A DNA stretch of 64,000 nt, taken from sequence record MT446415.1. One strand, given 5' to 3'. Within the stretch, counting starts at the first letter, position 1, and every line of letters begins with the position of its first letter. The position numbers and the translations under genes are program-made. Below, in pieces: positions 1 through 9,203 of this stretch. The notes under the pieces are model-generated. The model made no database searches. It saw only the letters and a program-made list of their open reading frames with translations, and was not told the origin of the DNA. The stretch is from Escherichia virus TH44.

Positions 1-133
1 CTGAAGATGAATGCGAAGACGCTGATGAAGGTCAATTTGAACCCGGTGAATTCCCTTTGACCAAAATCACCATTTCTAATAACTCTGAAGCCTGGACCGT
101 TTACCAGATGTTGAAAGCACACTTTAAGGAATA
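1..133 (+). CDS. 3' end of upstream ORF (partial), hypothetical
   Basis: open frame from window edge to TAA 131-133; acidic C-terminus; no family recognised. Confidence 0.3.
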
Positions 134-135
134 AC

Positions 136-312
136 ATGCCACTTTATGACTACAAATGTCAATCCAATGACTGCGCAAAAGAATACGAAAAAATCAAGAA
201 AATCTCTGAAAGAGATAATGATGTTTGTCCTGATTGCCATCGGCTGGCTGTTCGGTTAGTCTCGGCTCCTAAACATGTTAATGGCGGTTTTTACGACCTG
301 CTCACTAAGTGA
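136..312 (+). CDS. small zinc-ribbon protein (58 aa, C-x4-C ... C-x2-C)
   Basis: ATG 136, stop 310-312; two Cys pairs typical of small Zn-ribbon proteins; not in ORF track (<60 aa). Confidence 0.45.
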   Translation: MPLYDYKCQSNDCAKEYEKIKKISERDNDVCPDCHRLAVRLVSAPKHVNGGFYDLLTK

Positions 313-318
313 GGAATT

Positions 319-579
319 ATGAAATACATTAATCGTTCTATTGCAGCACTGGTACTGGCGGTTTCATTGGCTGGTTGTACTGATGCAGATAATGCCATTC
401 GTGTATTAGATGCAAACGGCTATGAGCAAATCCAAATCACCGGATATAACTGGTTCTCTTGTGGTAAAGATGATTTCCAACATACTGGTTTTACGGCCGT
501 CGGGCCAACTGGTAAGAAAGTTGAAGGAACTGTTTGTTCTGGATTATTGTTCAAGAACAGTACCATCCGATTTGAATAA
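319..579 (+). CDS. predicted lipoprotein (signal peptide with LAGC lipobox)
   Basis: N-terminal hydrophobic segment ending L-A-G-C; SD tgagg 5 nt upstream of ATG. Confidence 0.6.
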   Translation: MKYINRSIAALVLAVSLAGCTDADNAIRVLDANGYEQIQITGYNWFSCGKDDFQHTGFTAVGPTGKKVEGTVCSGLLFKNSTIRFE

Positions 580-598
580 GGCCTTCGGGCCTTTTTGC
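578..598 (+). terminator. intrinsic terminator hairpin ggccttcgggcc + T-run
   Basis: perfect GC hairpin with ttcg loop followed by ttttt directly after stop of lipoprotein ORF. Confidence 0.55.
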
Positions 599-620
599 TT
601 TAAAATATGTGACTTATAAT
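594..620 (+). promoter_or_regulatory. candidate MotA-dependent middle promoter for gene 39
   Basis: ttTGCTTTA (596-602) then 12 nt then TATAAT (615-620); matches T4 middle promoter architecture. Confidence 0.45.
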
Positions 621-642
621 ACCTCCATACACAAGAGGAAAG

Positions 643-2475
643 ATGATGATTAATAATGAAATTAAAGTACTCTCGGACGTCGAGCATATCAAAAAACGCT
701 CCGGGATGTATATTGGTTCCAGTTCAAATGAAGCGCATGAGCGATTCTTGTTTGGTGAATATAAGTCCGTAAGCTATGTTCCTGGTATTGTAAAACTGAT
801 TGATGAAATTATCGATAACTCTGTTGATGAAGCAATTCGCACCAGTTTTAAATTTGCCAATAAAATTGATGTTCAAATTAAAGATAATCAGATTTCGGTT
901 TCTGATAATGGCCGTGGTATTCCACAGGCAATGGTTACAGACCAAAACGGTGAACAAATCCCCGGCCCTGTTGCAGCATGGACTATTCCAAAAGCTGGTG
1001 GCAACTTCGGCGATGATGCTGAACGTAAAACTGGCGGGATGAATGGTGTCGGGTCTTCTCTGACCAATATTTTCTCTGTATTGTTCACCGGGATTACCGC
1101 TGATGGTGCAAATGAAATCACCGTTAACTGCTCCAACGGTATGGAAAACAAAGGTTGGTCGACCAAGAAATCTAAGGGCAAAGGTACAACTGTTATATTT
1201 GTTCCAGATTTTAGTCACTTTGAAGAAAATAGTCTGTCCCAGATTTATCTGGATATTACATTGGACCGTCTGCAAACTCTTGCGGTTGTTTATCCGGATA
1301 TTCAGTTCACCTTTAATGGTAAAAAGGTTGATGGTAATTTCAAAAAGTTTGCCAAGCAATTCGGAACCGAAGTTGTTATCCAGGAAACTGATACAGTATC
1401 GATGGCCTTTACGACTAGTCCGGATGGTTTCCGTCAGCTGACTTATGTCAACAACATTCACACAAAGAATGGCGGACACCACGTTGAATGTGTTATGGAT
1501 GATATCTGTGAACACCTTCAGCCGGCGATTAAGCGCAAATATAAAGGCATCGAGGTGACCAAGGCACGAGTTAAAGAATGCCTCACCATGCTTATGTTCA
1601 TCCGCGATATGAGCAACATGCGATTTGATTCCCAGACCAAGGAGCGATTGACTTCTCCGGCCGGTGAAATCCGAAATCACATTAAGATTGATGCTAAGAA
1701 AATCGCGCAAGCTATTCTGAAAAATGAACCGCTGATTATGCCGATTGTTGAAGCTGCATTAGCCCGTAAATTGGCTGCAGAGAAAGCAGCAGAGACTAAG
1801 GCAAATAAGAAAGCTTCGAAGGCCAAGGTACAAAAGCATATCAAGGCCAACGAATGGGGTAATGATAAGCTGGAAACGACTCTGTTCCTGACCGAAGGGG
1901 ATTCTGCAACTGGTCCATTTATCAAGGTTCGTGACCGTGAATTGCAAGGTGCTTATCCGTTACGTGGTAAGTTTAAAAACACATGGGGTCTGAAAGCTGT
2001 CGAAGTTATGAAGAACGCTGAAGCCTTTGATGTGTGTGCGATTACTGGTTTAACGATTGGACAACCGGCCGAGAATATGAATTACCGAAACATTGCTATC
2101 ATGACAGATGCGGATGTGGATGGTGTCGGTAGTATCTATCCATCATTATTGGCGTTTTTCAGTAACTGGCCAGAGCTATTCCATGAAGGACGAATTCGCT
2201 TTGTGAAAACTCCTGTTATTATTGCGCAGCTCAAAGATAAACAAGAATGGTTCTATTCTCTTCCTGACTATGAAGAAGCTAAGGATAAACTTCCGAAGCA
2301 CACCATCCGATATATTAAGGGACTTGGTTCTCTGGAAGATGCCGAGTACAAACGCGTATTGCTCGAACCAGTATTCGAAGTTGTTCAATTGCCCGACAAC
2401 TGGAAAGAACTGTTCGAAATGCTATTCGGTAAAGATTCCCAGCAGCGTAAAGACTGGATGAATGCGACGCTATAA
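643..2475 (+). CDS. 39: DNA topoisomerase II large subunit (GyrB-like ATPase), fused 39+60 form
   Basis: 610 aa; N-terminus closely matches T4 gp39; length equals 39 plus 60, so no gene 60 bypass element. Confidence 0.95.
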   Translation: MMINNEIKVLSDVEHIKKRSGMYIGSSSNEAHERFLFGEYKSVSYVPGIVKLIDEIIDNSVDEAIRTSFKFANKIDVQIKDNQISVSDNGRGIPQAMVTDQNGEQIPGPVAAWTIPKAGGNFGDDAERKTGGMNGVGSSLTNIFSVLFTGITADGANEITVNCSNGMENKGWSTKKSKGKGTTVIFVPDFSHFEENSLSQIYLDITLDRLQTLAVVYPDIQFTFNGKKVDGNFKKFAKQFGTEVVIQETDTVSMAFTTSPDGFRQLTYVNNIHTKNGGHHVECVMDDICEHLQPAIKRKYKGIEVTKARVKECLTMLMFIRDMSNMRFDSQTKERLTSPAGEIRNHIKIDAKKIAQAILKNEPLIMPIVEAALARKLAAEKAAETKANKKASKAKVQKHIKANEWGNDKLETTLFLTEGDSATGPFIKVRDRELQGAYPLRGKFKNTWGLKAVEVMKNAEAFDVCAITGLTIGQPAENMNYRNIAIMTDADVDGVGSIYPSLLAFFSNWPELFHEGRIRFVKTPVIIAQLKDKQEWFYSLPDYEEAKDKLPKHTIRYIKGLGSLEDAEYKRVLLEPVFEVVQLPDNWKELFEMLFGKDSQQRKDWMNATL

Positions 2476-2517
2476 ATAGATACGGGAGAATATTCTCCCG
2501 TCTTATAGGAGAAGTCC

Positions 2518-2670
2518 ATGAAAAAGTGGTGGGTTACGTTGTCAAATGGCGAATACGGTTATCTGTGGGCCGATACTAAACCCCTGTTTGCATCCTTTGT
2601 CACCATTATGTGCGAGACCTGGGATGGTGAATACTATACTGCATATGGGCAAGTCTATAAAGTTGAGTAG
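2518..2670 (+). CDS. small hypothetical protein (50 aa)
   Basis: ATG 2518 preceded by aggagaag; between two hairpins; below ORF-track cutoff. Confidence 0.3.
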   Translation: MKKWWVTLSNGEYGYLWADTKPLFASFVTIMCETWDGEYYTAYGQVYKVE

Positions 2671-2672
2671 CC

Positions 2673-2698
2673 AAAAGGACCTTCGGGTCCTTTTTTAT
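2673..2698 (+). terminator. intrinsic terminator aaaaggaccttcgggtcc + T6
   Basis: GC hairpin with cttcgg loop followed by tttttt. Confidence 0.6.
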
Positions 2699-2746
2699 TA
2701 TGTACAAGCCATAAAAATTGCGTTAAGATGTCCTTGAGGTGAAAAT

Positions 2747-3031
2747 ATGATTATGTCTGATGGAAGTTTAGTTAATCTACAGAATGTTGCTCGTTGTATT
2801 ATGGAAGCAGGCCTGAGGAAGGTGCAGGAGCTCCCAGATAGTGACAGGAAGCGAAGTTACTTGTTGGCTGTAAGAGCATCAGCCATGAGCATTAAGGCTG
2901 GCCAGAAGGTCCCTGAGGAGCGAATTGAAGCACTCCTTGCATTGATATACCATGACCAAGAACATAAAGCTACCATGCGTAGTATGAGAAAAATATTACA
3001 GGAGATTGGAAATGACGAACTTCAAAGTTAA
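2747..3031 (+). CDS. hypothetical early protein (94 aa)
   Basis: ORF with SD gaggtgaaaat before ATG; position between 39 and rIIA. Confidence 0.5.
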   Translation: MIMSDGSLVNLQNVARCIMEAGLRKVQELPDSDRKRSYLLAVRASAMSIKAGQKVPEERIEALLALIYHDQEHKATMRSMRKILQEIGNDELQS

Positions 3032-3215
3032 TATGGAACTGTTTGATAAGGCTATCCATAAAGAATACCGTGTTATCCAACGATTTTTTGATATAAGAGA
3101 AGCTGAAGAGTTTAAAGAACGCTTCAAAGAAATCCGTATTAAAATAGCTTCAGACACCGCAACAAAGGATGAACTTCTTGAAGTTGCAGAATTAATCAAA
3201 CGTAACATAAAGTGA
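3012..3215 (+). CDS. hypothetical early protein (67 aa)
   Basis: ATG 3012 after ggagattgg SD; track ORF begins at an upstream TTG. Confidence 0.45.
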   Translation: MTNFKVNMELFDKAIHKEYRVIQRFFDIREAEEFKERFKEIRIKIASDTATKDELLEVAELIKRNIK

Positions 3216-3222
3216 GAAAAAC

Positions 3223-5457
3223 ATGATTTTAGAAACTGAAAAGGAAACAATCCTTGGTAATGGCGCCAAGGCATCAGCATTCACAATCCAGGCATCTCCG
3301 AAGGTGTTTAAGATTCTGACCAGCGACCTTTATACAAACAAGGTGCGCGCGGTTGTCCGTGAGCTGATTACCAATATGATTGATGCTCATATGCTCAATG
3401 GCTGTCAGGATAAATTCATTGTGCAAGCTCCTGGTGAACTGGACCCACGTTTTGTATGCCGTGACTTCGGTCCGGGTATGAGTGATTTCCAGATTCGTGG
3501 TGATGAAAATACCCCAGGTCTGTATAACAGTTTCTTTGCATCATCCAAGGCTGAATCCAACGATTTTATTGGTGGCTTTGGTCTGGGTTCTAAATCTCCG
3601 TTTAGTTATACAGAGACGTTTAGCCTGATTTCATATCATGATGGACAAGTTAATGGTTATGTCGCTTATATGGACGGCGATGGTCCACAGATTAAGCCAA
3701 CCTTTAGCGAACCAATGAAACCTGGTGACCGCACAGGGATTGAAGTTGTTGTCCCGGTTGATAGTAATGATTTCGGTAAGTTCCGTTATGAGATTGCATA
3801 TATCATGCGTCCATTTGCTGGGCTGGCTGAAGTGCAAGGCGTGAACGAAATTGAATACTTCCCGGAATTTGATGATTATTATGCTCCAGCGCGTATTAAT
3901 TATAGCAGTCCAGAACGTTATGGACTTTATGCAATTTACGGCGGTATTGTTTATCCGATTGGTGACGGTTATACAAAGAAAACCTGGATGACTGCCAAAA
4001 ATGATGTTGTCTTTATTAAGTTCCCGATGGGTTCGTTGGATATTGCACCTTCTCGCGAAGCATTATCGCTGGACAAACGTACGGTCGCAAATATCGTTGA
4101 ACGTATTGAATCGCTTGATAAGAAGGTCATGGAAGATGATTGTAAGAAATGGCAGGAATCAGAATGTCTCCGCCATACATATCGCGAATTGCAGAGTCTG
4201 AATTATGAAGCTCGTAATTTTCTGAAAGCTCGTAATGCTGAAACGAAATTTACGAAATCACAATTGACCTTTAACCAGATGTACGAAATGTTCGAGCTGG
4301 ACAAAGACCTTATTAATGCCGGGGTTGTCTATGATATCTATAGCACTACTCGTCTGAAACGTCTGCGTAACTCAAGCTCGAACACGAATACTGCAAGCCT
4401 GACAAGCATGTTTGGTATTCATAATGATACCTTGAATATTGTTATTGACGATGCTAAAGGGCGAATTGCGATGATTCGGGGCATCAGTTCAATGCTGTAT
4501 GACACCAGCGCGAAAGCCAAAAAGCTCAAAGCATCTGGTAAAGTCCCGACTGTACAAGGTAGTAGTCTATTGTTCGTTGACCCAACCAGCGAAATTCAAA
4601 CACGGTTGATGGTTCAACTCCAGGAACGATTTAAAGGCGATACGGTTAATATCTATCGTACGTCTGAACTGACTGCCCTTGTAAAAGACTGGATTCCGGT
4701 TGCGGACCCGAAAGAGCGTGTTAAGTCAAAGACTCCATCGGTGATTCGTTGGACTAAAACCAATGGTCGCTGGCAGTCTGTTGAAGAATTTACATGTGCA
4801 GCTGATGCAGAGGAAATCGATGGTTATGCTGTATTCATTAACCGCAGTAGCATTTCCCCTTTGAATCAAGAATATGGCACCACGACCTTCGGTACCCAGA
4901 CATTGTGTAAACTGGCGAATCTATTGGAAATCAATGAATTCTGTGTTATTCGTCCACAGCTTCAGAAAAAGGTTACAAAGCTGGCGCAGTGCGATTGTCT
5001 GATTGAAGCTGCAGTCAATCGTTATGTGGAATTGATTGATGCGGTTGATGCGGACCAGTACATTGCCGCTTCAAGCCGTTCGCGTTATTATATTCCTATC
5101 CTGTCTGAATATGCAGAACTGAATTTTATGTTCAAGTATTTTTATGCGAAAGATGTTCAGAAAGATGTGAATACTGATTATGCCGAACTAATGCAGTTCA
5201 ATAAGTTCTTTGCTTATAACGCATATAACAGTGGAACGGTTGATAAGACCATGCAGGAAACGCTGGTCCTTTGTAATAAGATTTATGACGACCTGACCAA
5301 AAACGCTTCGGTAACAAGCGATAAAATGGTTTTTGAATTTGAAAAGAATCACCCGATTGTTTCACACTTTTTATATAACCGTAACGCTATGTCAACTGAA
5401 CAAGTACAGAACGTTGCTCAAATCATGAAGGCCGTGGAAGCGGCCAATAAGGAATAA
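3223..5457 (+). CDS. rIIA: rIIA membrane-associated protein (lysis inhibition / exclusion-related, HATPase-like N-domain)
   Basis: 744 aa; synteny 39-rIIA-rIIB; length and N-terminal ATPase-like region as in T4 rIIA (725 aa). Confidence 0.9.
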   Translation: MILETEKETILGNGAKASAFTIQASPKVFKILTSDLYTNKVRAVVRELITNMIDAHMLNGCQDKFIVQAPGELDPRFVCRDFGPGMSDFQIRGDENTPGLYNSFFASSKAESNDFIGGFGLGSKSPFSYTETFSLISYHDGQVNGYVAYMDGDGPQIKPTFSEPMKPGDRTGIEVVVPVDSNDFGKFRYEIAYIMRPFAGLAEVQGVNEIEYFPEFDDYYAPARINYSSPERYGLYAIYGGIVYPIGDGYTKKTWMTAKNDVVFIKFPMGSLDIAPSREALSLDKRTVANIVERIESLDKKVMEDDCKKWQESECLRHTYRELQSLNYEARNFLKARNAETKFTKSQLTFNQMYEMFELDKDLINAGVVYDIYSTTRLKRLRNSSSNTNTASLTSMFGIHNDTLNIVIDDAKGRIAMIRGISSMLYDTSAKAKKLKASGKVPTVQGSSLLFVDPTSEIQTRLMVQLQERFKGDTVNIYRTSELTALVKDWIPVADPKERVKSKTPSVIRWTKTNGRWQSVEEFTCAADAEEIDGYAVFINRSSISPLNQEYGTTTFGTQTLCKLANLLEINEFCVIRPQLQKKVTKLAQCDCLIEAAVNRYVELIDAVDADQYIAASSRSRYYIPILSEYAELNFMFKYFYAKDVQKDVNTDYAELMQFNKFFAYNAYNSGTVDKTMQETLVLCNKIYDDLTKNASVTSDKMVFEFEKNHPIVSHFLYNRNAMSTEQVQNVAQIMKAVEAANKE

Positions 5458-5458
5458 T

Positions 5459-6433
5459 ATGTTTAATATCAAATGTATGTCTAAAGCCGAACAAGAACGA
5501 GTTGTCTCTCTTTATGAATCTGGTAACTATACGCAAGACGAACTTGCACTCGGTTTCGGTGTATCGGTTGACACCATTCGCCGCGTTTTGAAAAATGATA
5601 AAGAATCAAAATTAGCTAAAACCATTTCTGCATCATTGAAAGCCGCTGTCGGGGTGGCGATTAATGCTCCAGTGACAGTAACGGTTGAAGTTCCGATTGT
5701 TGAAGATACAATCGGCGGTAGCCGTCCAGAAATCGTATGGAACGCATCAAGCAAATTCGTTTCCATCACTGAAGGTCGTACAGTCTGGAACGCAACAAAA
5801 GACCATAAACACTTTGATGATATTATTCAGGCATTGATTGAATTCCGTTATGAAGATGCTATCGAGTTTATCTCAATCAAAGCTGCAGTACAAAAATATG
5901 TGAAAGGTGATGTGCGTATTGAAGGTGGTAGTCTGTTCTATCAGGGAATTGAACTGCGTTCTGGCCTGGTTACTCGTATCATTGATTCAATGCAAAATGG
6001 CGAAGACTTTGAATTCTATCTGCCGTTCCTTGAGAATCTCCTTGAGAACCCGAGTGAGAAAGCCGTACAGCGTTTGTTTGACTTCCTGGTTGCGAACGAT
6101 ATCGAAATCACCGAAGACGGTCATTTCATCGCATGGAAAATGGTTCGTGCAACTTACAAAGATTGCCACTCAAACACATTCGACAACAGCCCTGGTCAAT
6201 ATGTTAAAATGCCGCGCTCTCGTGTGAATGACAATGACGAACAGACCTGTTCAACCGGGTTGCATGTTTGCTCTAAAGGCTATATCGGAAGTGGTTTTGG
6301 TCATGGTGATGGACGCATCGTATCCTGTAAAGTTCACCCGCGTGATGTTGTAAGTATCCCGGTTGATTATAACGATTCCAAAATGCGGGTCTGTGGTTAC
6401 CTGGTTCTTGATGATGTAACTGAACAATTCTAA
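5459..6433 (+). CDS. rIIB: rIIB protein
   Basis: 324 aa; near-colinear similarity to T4 rIIB (e.g. GNYTQ, VSVDTIRRVLKN, FEFYLPFLENLLENPS). Confidence 0.95.
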   Translation: MFNIKCMSKAEQERVVSLYESGNYTQDELALGFGVSVDTIRRVLKNDKESKLAKTISASLKAAVGVAINAPVTVTVEVPIVEDTIGGSRPEIVWNASSKFVSITEGRTVWNATKDHKHFDDIIQALIEFRYEDAIEFISIKAAVQKYVKGDVRIEGGSLFYQGIELRSGLVTRIIDSMQNGEDFEFYLPFLENLLENPSEKAVQRLFDFLVANDIEITEDGHFIAWKMVRATYKDCHSNTFDNSPGQYVKMPRSRVNDNDEQTCSTGLHVCSKGYIGSGFGHGDGRIVSCKVHPRDVVSIPVDYNDSKMRVCGYLVLDDVTEQF

Positions 6434-6466
6434 ATTAATCGGGGCTTCGGCCCCTAATGAGGCTTT

Positions 6467-6664
6467 ATGTTAGGTTTCCAAGCACGTGTAGTTGAAGAAC
6501 ATGACCAGTTGGTTTTGAAAATTAATGCTCTTGAAGAATTTATTAAAGGCGGTGTTTTTGAAACTCTCGATGCTCGTCAACAAGGTCTTTTGATTGCACA
6601 ACTCGATGCGATGGGTGCTTATGCTCATGTACTGGCAGTCCGTATCTCTTATTTTGGTGAATAA
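6467..6664 (+). CDS. hypothetical protein (65 aa)
   Basis: ORF after hairpin ggggcttcggcccc and SD gagg. Confidence 0.5.
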   Translation: MLGFQARVVEEHDQLVLKINALEEFIKGGVFETLDARQQGLLIAQLDAMGAYAHVLAVRISYFGE

Positions 6665-6667
6665 ATT

Positions 6668-6988
6668 ATGATTAACTATATGAACGTTGGCGATGAATCT
6701 ATTAACGAAATTCGATTGCATGGTAATCATGTTGCGGATATTGTTTATTGTGTTGATTGTCATTATGCTTCTACAAAGTCAACTGGCCGGTTATATGCGA
6801 GAGACATCATTCTTGCAACGAAAGAAGAACTTCGTAGTCTGGACCATTCTACTCTAGCCGAAAGTGTCAGAATTTATTATGGCGTCGTTCATGTAGACAA
6901 AGTTTATATTGGCAGTGATTATCAAGAGCAAGCTGAGCAAAATTCTTTGGATACTGTCGAAAAATCCGATATGTATTTTAAAGGATGA
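6668..6988 (+). CDS. hypothetical protein (106 aa)
   Basis: ORF, tightly packed after previous gene. Confidence 0.5.
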   Translation: MINYMNVGDESINEIRLHGNHVADIVYCVDCHYASTKSTGRLYARDIILATKEELRSLDHSTLAESVRIYYGVVHVDKVYIGSDYQEQAEQNSLDTVEKSDMYFKG

Positions 6989-6992
6989 GCTG

Positions 6993-7586
6993 ATGATTCA
7001 GAAGAGTAAAACATGGGAGCATCTGAAAAAGATGCCCTCCTTCCTTTATACAAAGGAAGACTTAACCCCCGAATCCCTGCAAAAGATTGTAGACACTGCC
7101 AGGTATTCATTGCGTAAAGACCCAGGTCAGGACCGTGAGCAAGTCATGCAAAGATGTATGGTAGCCACAATGGCTGAACAAGCTATTGCTAAATGGACCT
7201 CCGGTTTTTTATGTGGCGGTGATGAAGATTACGATAATCCTTACTCCTTTGCATTTGATGTAGTTTCGAAGGAAGGGGTAAGAATCGAAGTCAAGACTCA
7301 TCAGTCTGGTTCCAAATGGATATCCGTACATACTGGCCACCAGGGCGATTATCCACATGGTTACGGGGTTAATCTTGGTCCCTTTATGCAGCACAAGCTT
7401 GCTGACCTTATGATTATGTTTAATGTAAAAGAGACTCTCAAAGGTTATAGATTTAAACCAAAATTCCTTGCTGGGCCTGGTGCTTTCGTTCCTGAGTCTG
7501 GTCTTGTGCAGAAGTCACAAGGGGATGGTTGGTACCTCCGTTCTTGTTCAGAAGAAAAATTTCCCTATCACCGGTTTACAAGCTGA
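6993..7586 (+). CDS. putative PD-(D/E)xK-type nuclease (T4 denB map position)
   Basis: ATG 6993 after aaaggatgagc SD; motif FAFDVV...RIEVK resembles D...ExK nuclease core; T4 has denB after rIIB; family assignment unverified. Confidence 0.4.
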   Translation: MIQKSKTWEHLKKMPSFLYTKEDLTPESLQKIVDTARYSLRKDPGQDREQVMQRCMVATMAEQAIAKWTSGFLCGGDEDYDNPYSFAFDVVSKEGVRIEVKTHQSGSKWISVHTGHQGDYPHGYGVNLGPFMQHKLADLMIMFNVKETLKGYRFKPKFLAGPGAFVPESGLVQKSQGDGWYLRSCSEEKFPYHRFTS

Positions 7587-7602
7587 ACCAACCATGTAAT
7601 AA
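7574..7602 (+). promoter_or_regulatory. early-type promoter (GTTTAC -35, 17-nt spacer, TAATAA -10)
   Basis: gtttac 7574-7579, taataa 7597-7602; lies just upstream of RBS-sequestering hairpin. Confidence 0.35.
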
Positions 7603-7633
7603 TGTCCTCACACCAACAAATGAGGACATTATC

Positions 7634-7909
7634 ATGGAACACGTTACTACTCACAACATCAAACAAATTCTTATCCAAGCACTCAAAAACAACAACATCA
7701 ATTTTCCAACCCATGAAATTTTTGATGTGGCATTCAACGAAGTCCAGGGTCAAGTTGCATATTATGACGTTATCGTTTATCTTTCAGAATTTGAAGTCTA
7801 CCACCTGACTGAAATTGCTTTCTATCTCTATCGTGGAACAGCAGATTTCACTGGGGTTGTGAATGCAGTTGGTGCATATAAAGAAGTTAAAGAACAAATG
7901 CACAATTAA
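7634..7909 (+). CDS. hypothetical protein (91 aa), RBS inside a 12-bp hairpin
   Basis: ATG 7634; SD gagga 7622-7626 is in the 3' arm of stem 7599-7610/7621-7632. Confidence 0.45.
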   Translation: MEHVTTHNIKQILIQALKNNNINFPTHEIFDVAFNEVQGQVAYYDVIVYLSEFEVYHLTEIAFYLYRGTADFTGVVNAVGAYKEVKEQMHN

Positions 7910-7911
7910 TT

Positions 7912-7987
7912 AAAAAGTAGTGTACATCAGTATGGAGTCTATGTATAATGATTCCATACTGAGTTACCAAACAGACTGGAGAATAAA
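7912..7987 (+). promoter_or_regulatory. early promoter cassette (PeSL-like), type A
   Basis: aaaagtagTGTACA (-35) 17 nt TATAAT 7944-7949, then gattccatactgagttac...ctggagaataaaATG; inverted repeat agtatgga/tccatact flanks -10. Confidence 0.6.
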
Positions 7988-8143
7988 ATGAAACCTGCTC
8001 AATATGCAATGACTTTATACCTTGAAGTTAATGGCGATATTACTGAATTTTTTAAATTAATGCAACAGCGCGGAAAAAGTTTTGCAGTTACTGAGCGTCA
8101 ATTTTACGCTTGCCGTAAAAATACATACAATCGTTATGCGTGA
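7988..8143 (+). CDS. small hypothetical protein (51 aa)
   Basis: ATG at end of cassette, stop 8141-8143. Confidence 0.35.
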   Translation: MKPAQYAMTLYLEVNGDITEFFKLMQQRGKSFAVTERQFYACRKNTYNRYA

Positions 8144-8153
8144 GGAAAACAAA

Positions 8154-8414
8154 ATGGATATCAAATTATATTACGCCAAGCACAAAGTTACAGGTAAAGT
8201 TGTTGCTGCCATGTATGATGCATCGGGTGAAGATGTTATTACGGAATTATCCCTTTCTAATTGTAGATTTCTTCGTCCTTTGATAGCGTCAAAAAAAGAT
8301 TTACAAAAACTTATCGACGGTAAATTAGATAATGTCGATGGTATAGATATCCATTATGAACTCCGCCATGCACTGAATGATGGGTTTATGGAAATAAAAG
8401 AGATAGTATTATGA
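8154..8414 (+). CDS. hypothetical protein (86 aa)
   Basis: ATG 8154 after gaggaaaacaaa SD. Confidence 0.5.
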   Translation: MDIKLYYAKHKVTGKVVAAMYDASGEDVITELSLSNCRFLRPLIASKKDLQKLIDGKLDNVDGIDIHYELRHALNDGFMEIKEIVL

Positions 8415-8501
8415 GCAGCAAAACCTGGTGTCTTATCTGGATATTGTGTATCCCAGTAATTTGCGTTTGTTTTAGTTTATTATTAATGAAACTTGCATAA
8501 A

Positions 8502-8559
8502 AAAGTGTACATCTCCAGTGGTTGTAGTATAATGAACCTATCAACTACTGGAGATGATT
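8502..8559 (+). promoter_or_regulatory. early promoter cassette (PeSL-like), type B
   Basis: aaaagTGTACa, TATAAT 8528-8533, then gaacctatcaactactggag motif. Confidence 0.55.
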
Positions 8560-8676
8560 ATGAAAAAGTTACTTAAAGCTATTTGGAACATGTTTGTGCT
8601 GTTTGTTGTCCTGAGCATTTTCCCAATTGTTTTTATGATTGACCATGTGCGTGTTTACTTTAACTATTTCTTTTGA
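8560..8676 (+). CDS. small hydrophobic membrane peptide (38 aa)
   Basis: ATG 8560 7 nt after ggag; one predicted TM segment. Confidence 0.3.
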   Translation: MKKLLKAIWNMFVLFVVLSIFPIVFMIDHVRVYFNYFF

Positions 8677-8686
8677 GGATAATATT

Positions 8687-8893
8687 ATGAATTACAATTC
8701 ACACTTTCAGAAATCCAATCGTCGCTTTGACTTTATGTTCAAGTTTATTGTAGCAATGATTATCCTGATTTTCATTGGTGCCATTGCAATGATTGGTTTC
8801 CAGGTCTGGATTGCTGCTGAAGTATTCACCCAAATCCAGGATAATGGTTTGAAGTCTGTTGTTGATGTAATTTGGAATGGAGCTAAGCAATGA
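8687..8893 (+). CDS. small membrane protein (68 aa)
   Basis: ATG 8687 after gaggataatatt; central hydrophobic helix. Confidence 0.45.
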   Translation: MNYNSHFQKSNRRFDFMFKFIVAMIILIFIGAIAMIGFQVWIAAEVFTQIQDNGLKSVVDVIWNGAKQ

Positions 8894-9135
8894 AACTTTT
8901 TAAAGACATTGCAGTTGGTGAAAAATTTGTCCTGGGTAATGGTCAACAACTGATTCGCATTTCGCCTTTAATGGATAACAGTGAACGCCCTGTGCGCACT
9001 GAAAACTGTTTGGATTATCCTTTTTATCAGAAGCGTTTTGCAATTGAAAATAATACTGAGTGTTTCACAGTTGATGAACTGATGGAATCATCAGAAGAAG
9101 TTGACTTGTGGGATGGCGCAGTTGATGTAGAATAG
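8890..9135 (+). CDS. hypothetical protein (81 aa)
   Basis: ORF with ATGA start-stop overlap to the previous gene. Confidence 0.5.
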   Translation: MKLFKDIAVGEKFVLGNGQQLIRISPLMDNSERPVRTENCLDYPFYQKRFAIENNTECFTVDELMESSEEVDLWDGAVDVE

Positions 9136-9203
9136 TGTACAAACTCTTGGGAGCAGAGTATAATGCTCCCAGTGGATAATAAAATTTAACTGAGGAAATC
9201 ATT
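9133..9203 (+). promoter_or_regulatory. early promoter cassette (PeSL-like), type C
   Basis: agTGTACAaactcttGGGAGCAgagTATAATgcTCCCagtgg; -10 sits in loop of gggagca/tgctccc inverted repeat. Confidence 0.6.

Noticed and set aside
724-1710. 328-aa minus-strand ORF
   Set aside because: Lies entirely antisense to the strongly conserved gene 39 topoisomerase ORF; no start context; a shadow ORF
2471-2478. TATAAATA overlapping the gene 39 stop codon
   Set aside because: Could be a late promoter for the 50-aa ORF, but it sits inside coding sequence with no obvious late gene downstream; likely a chance match
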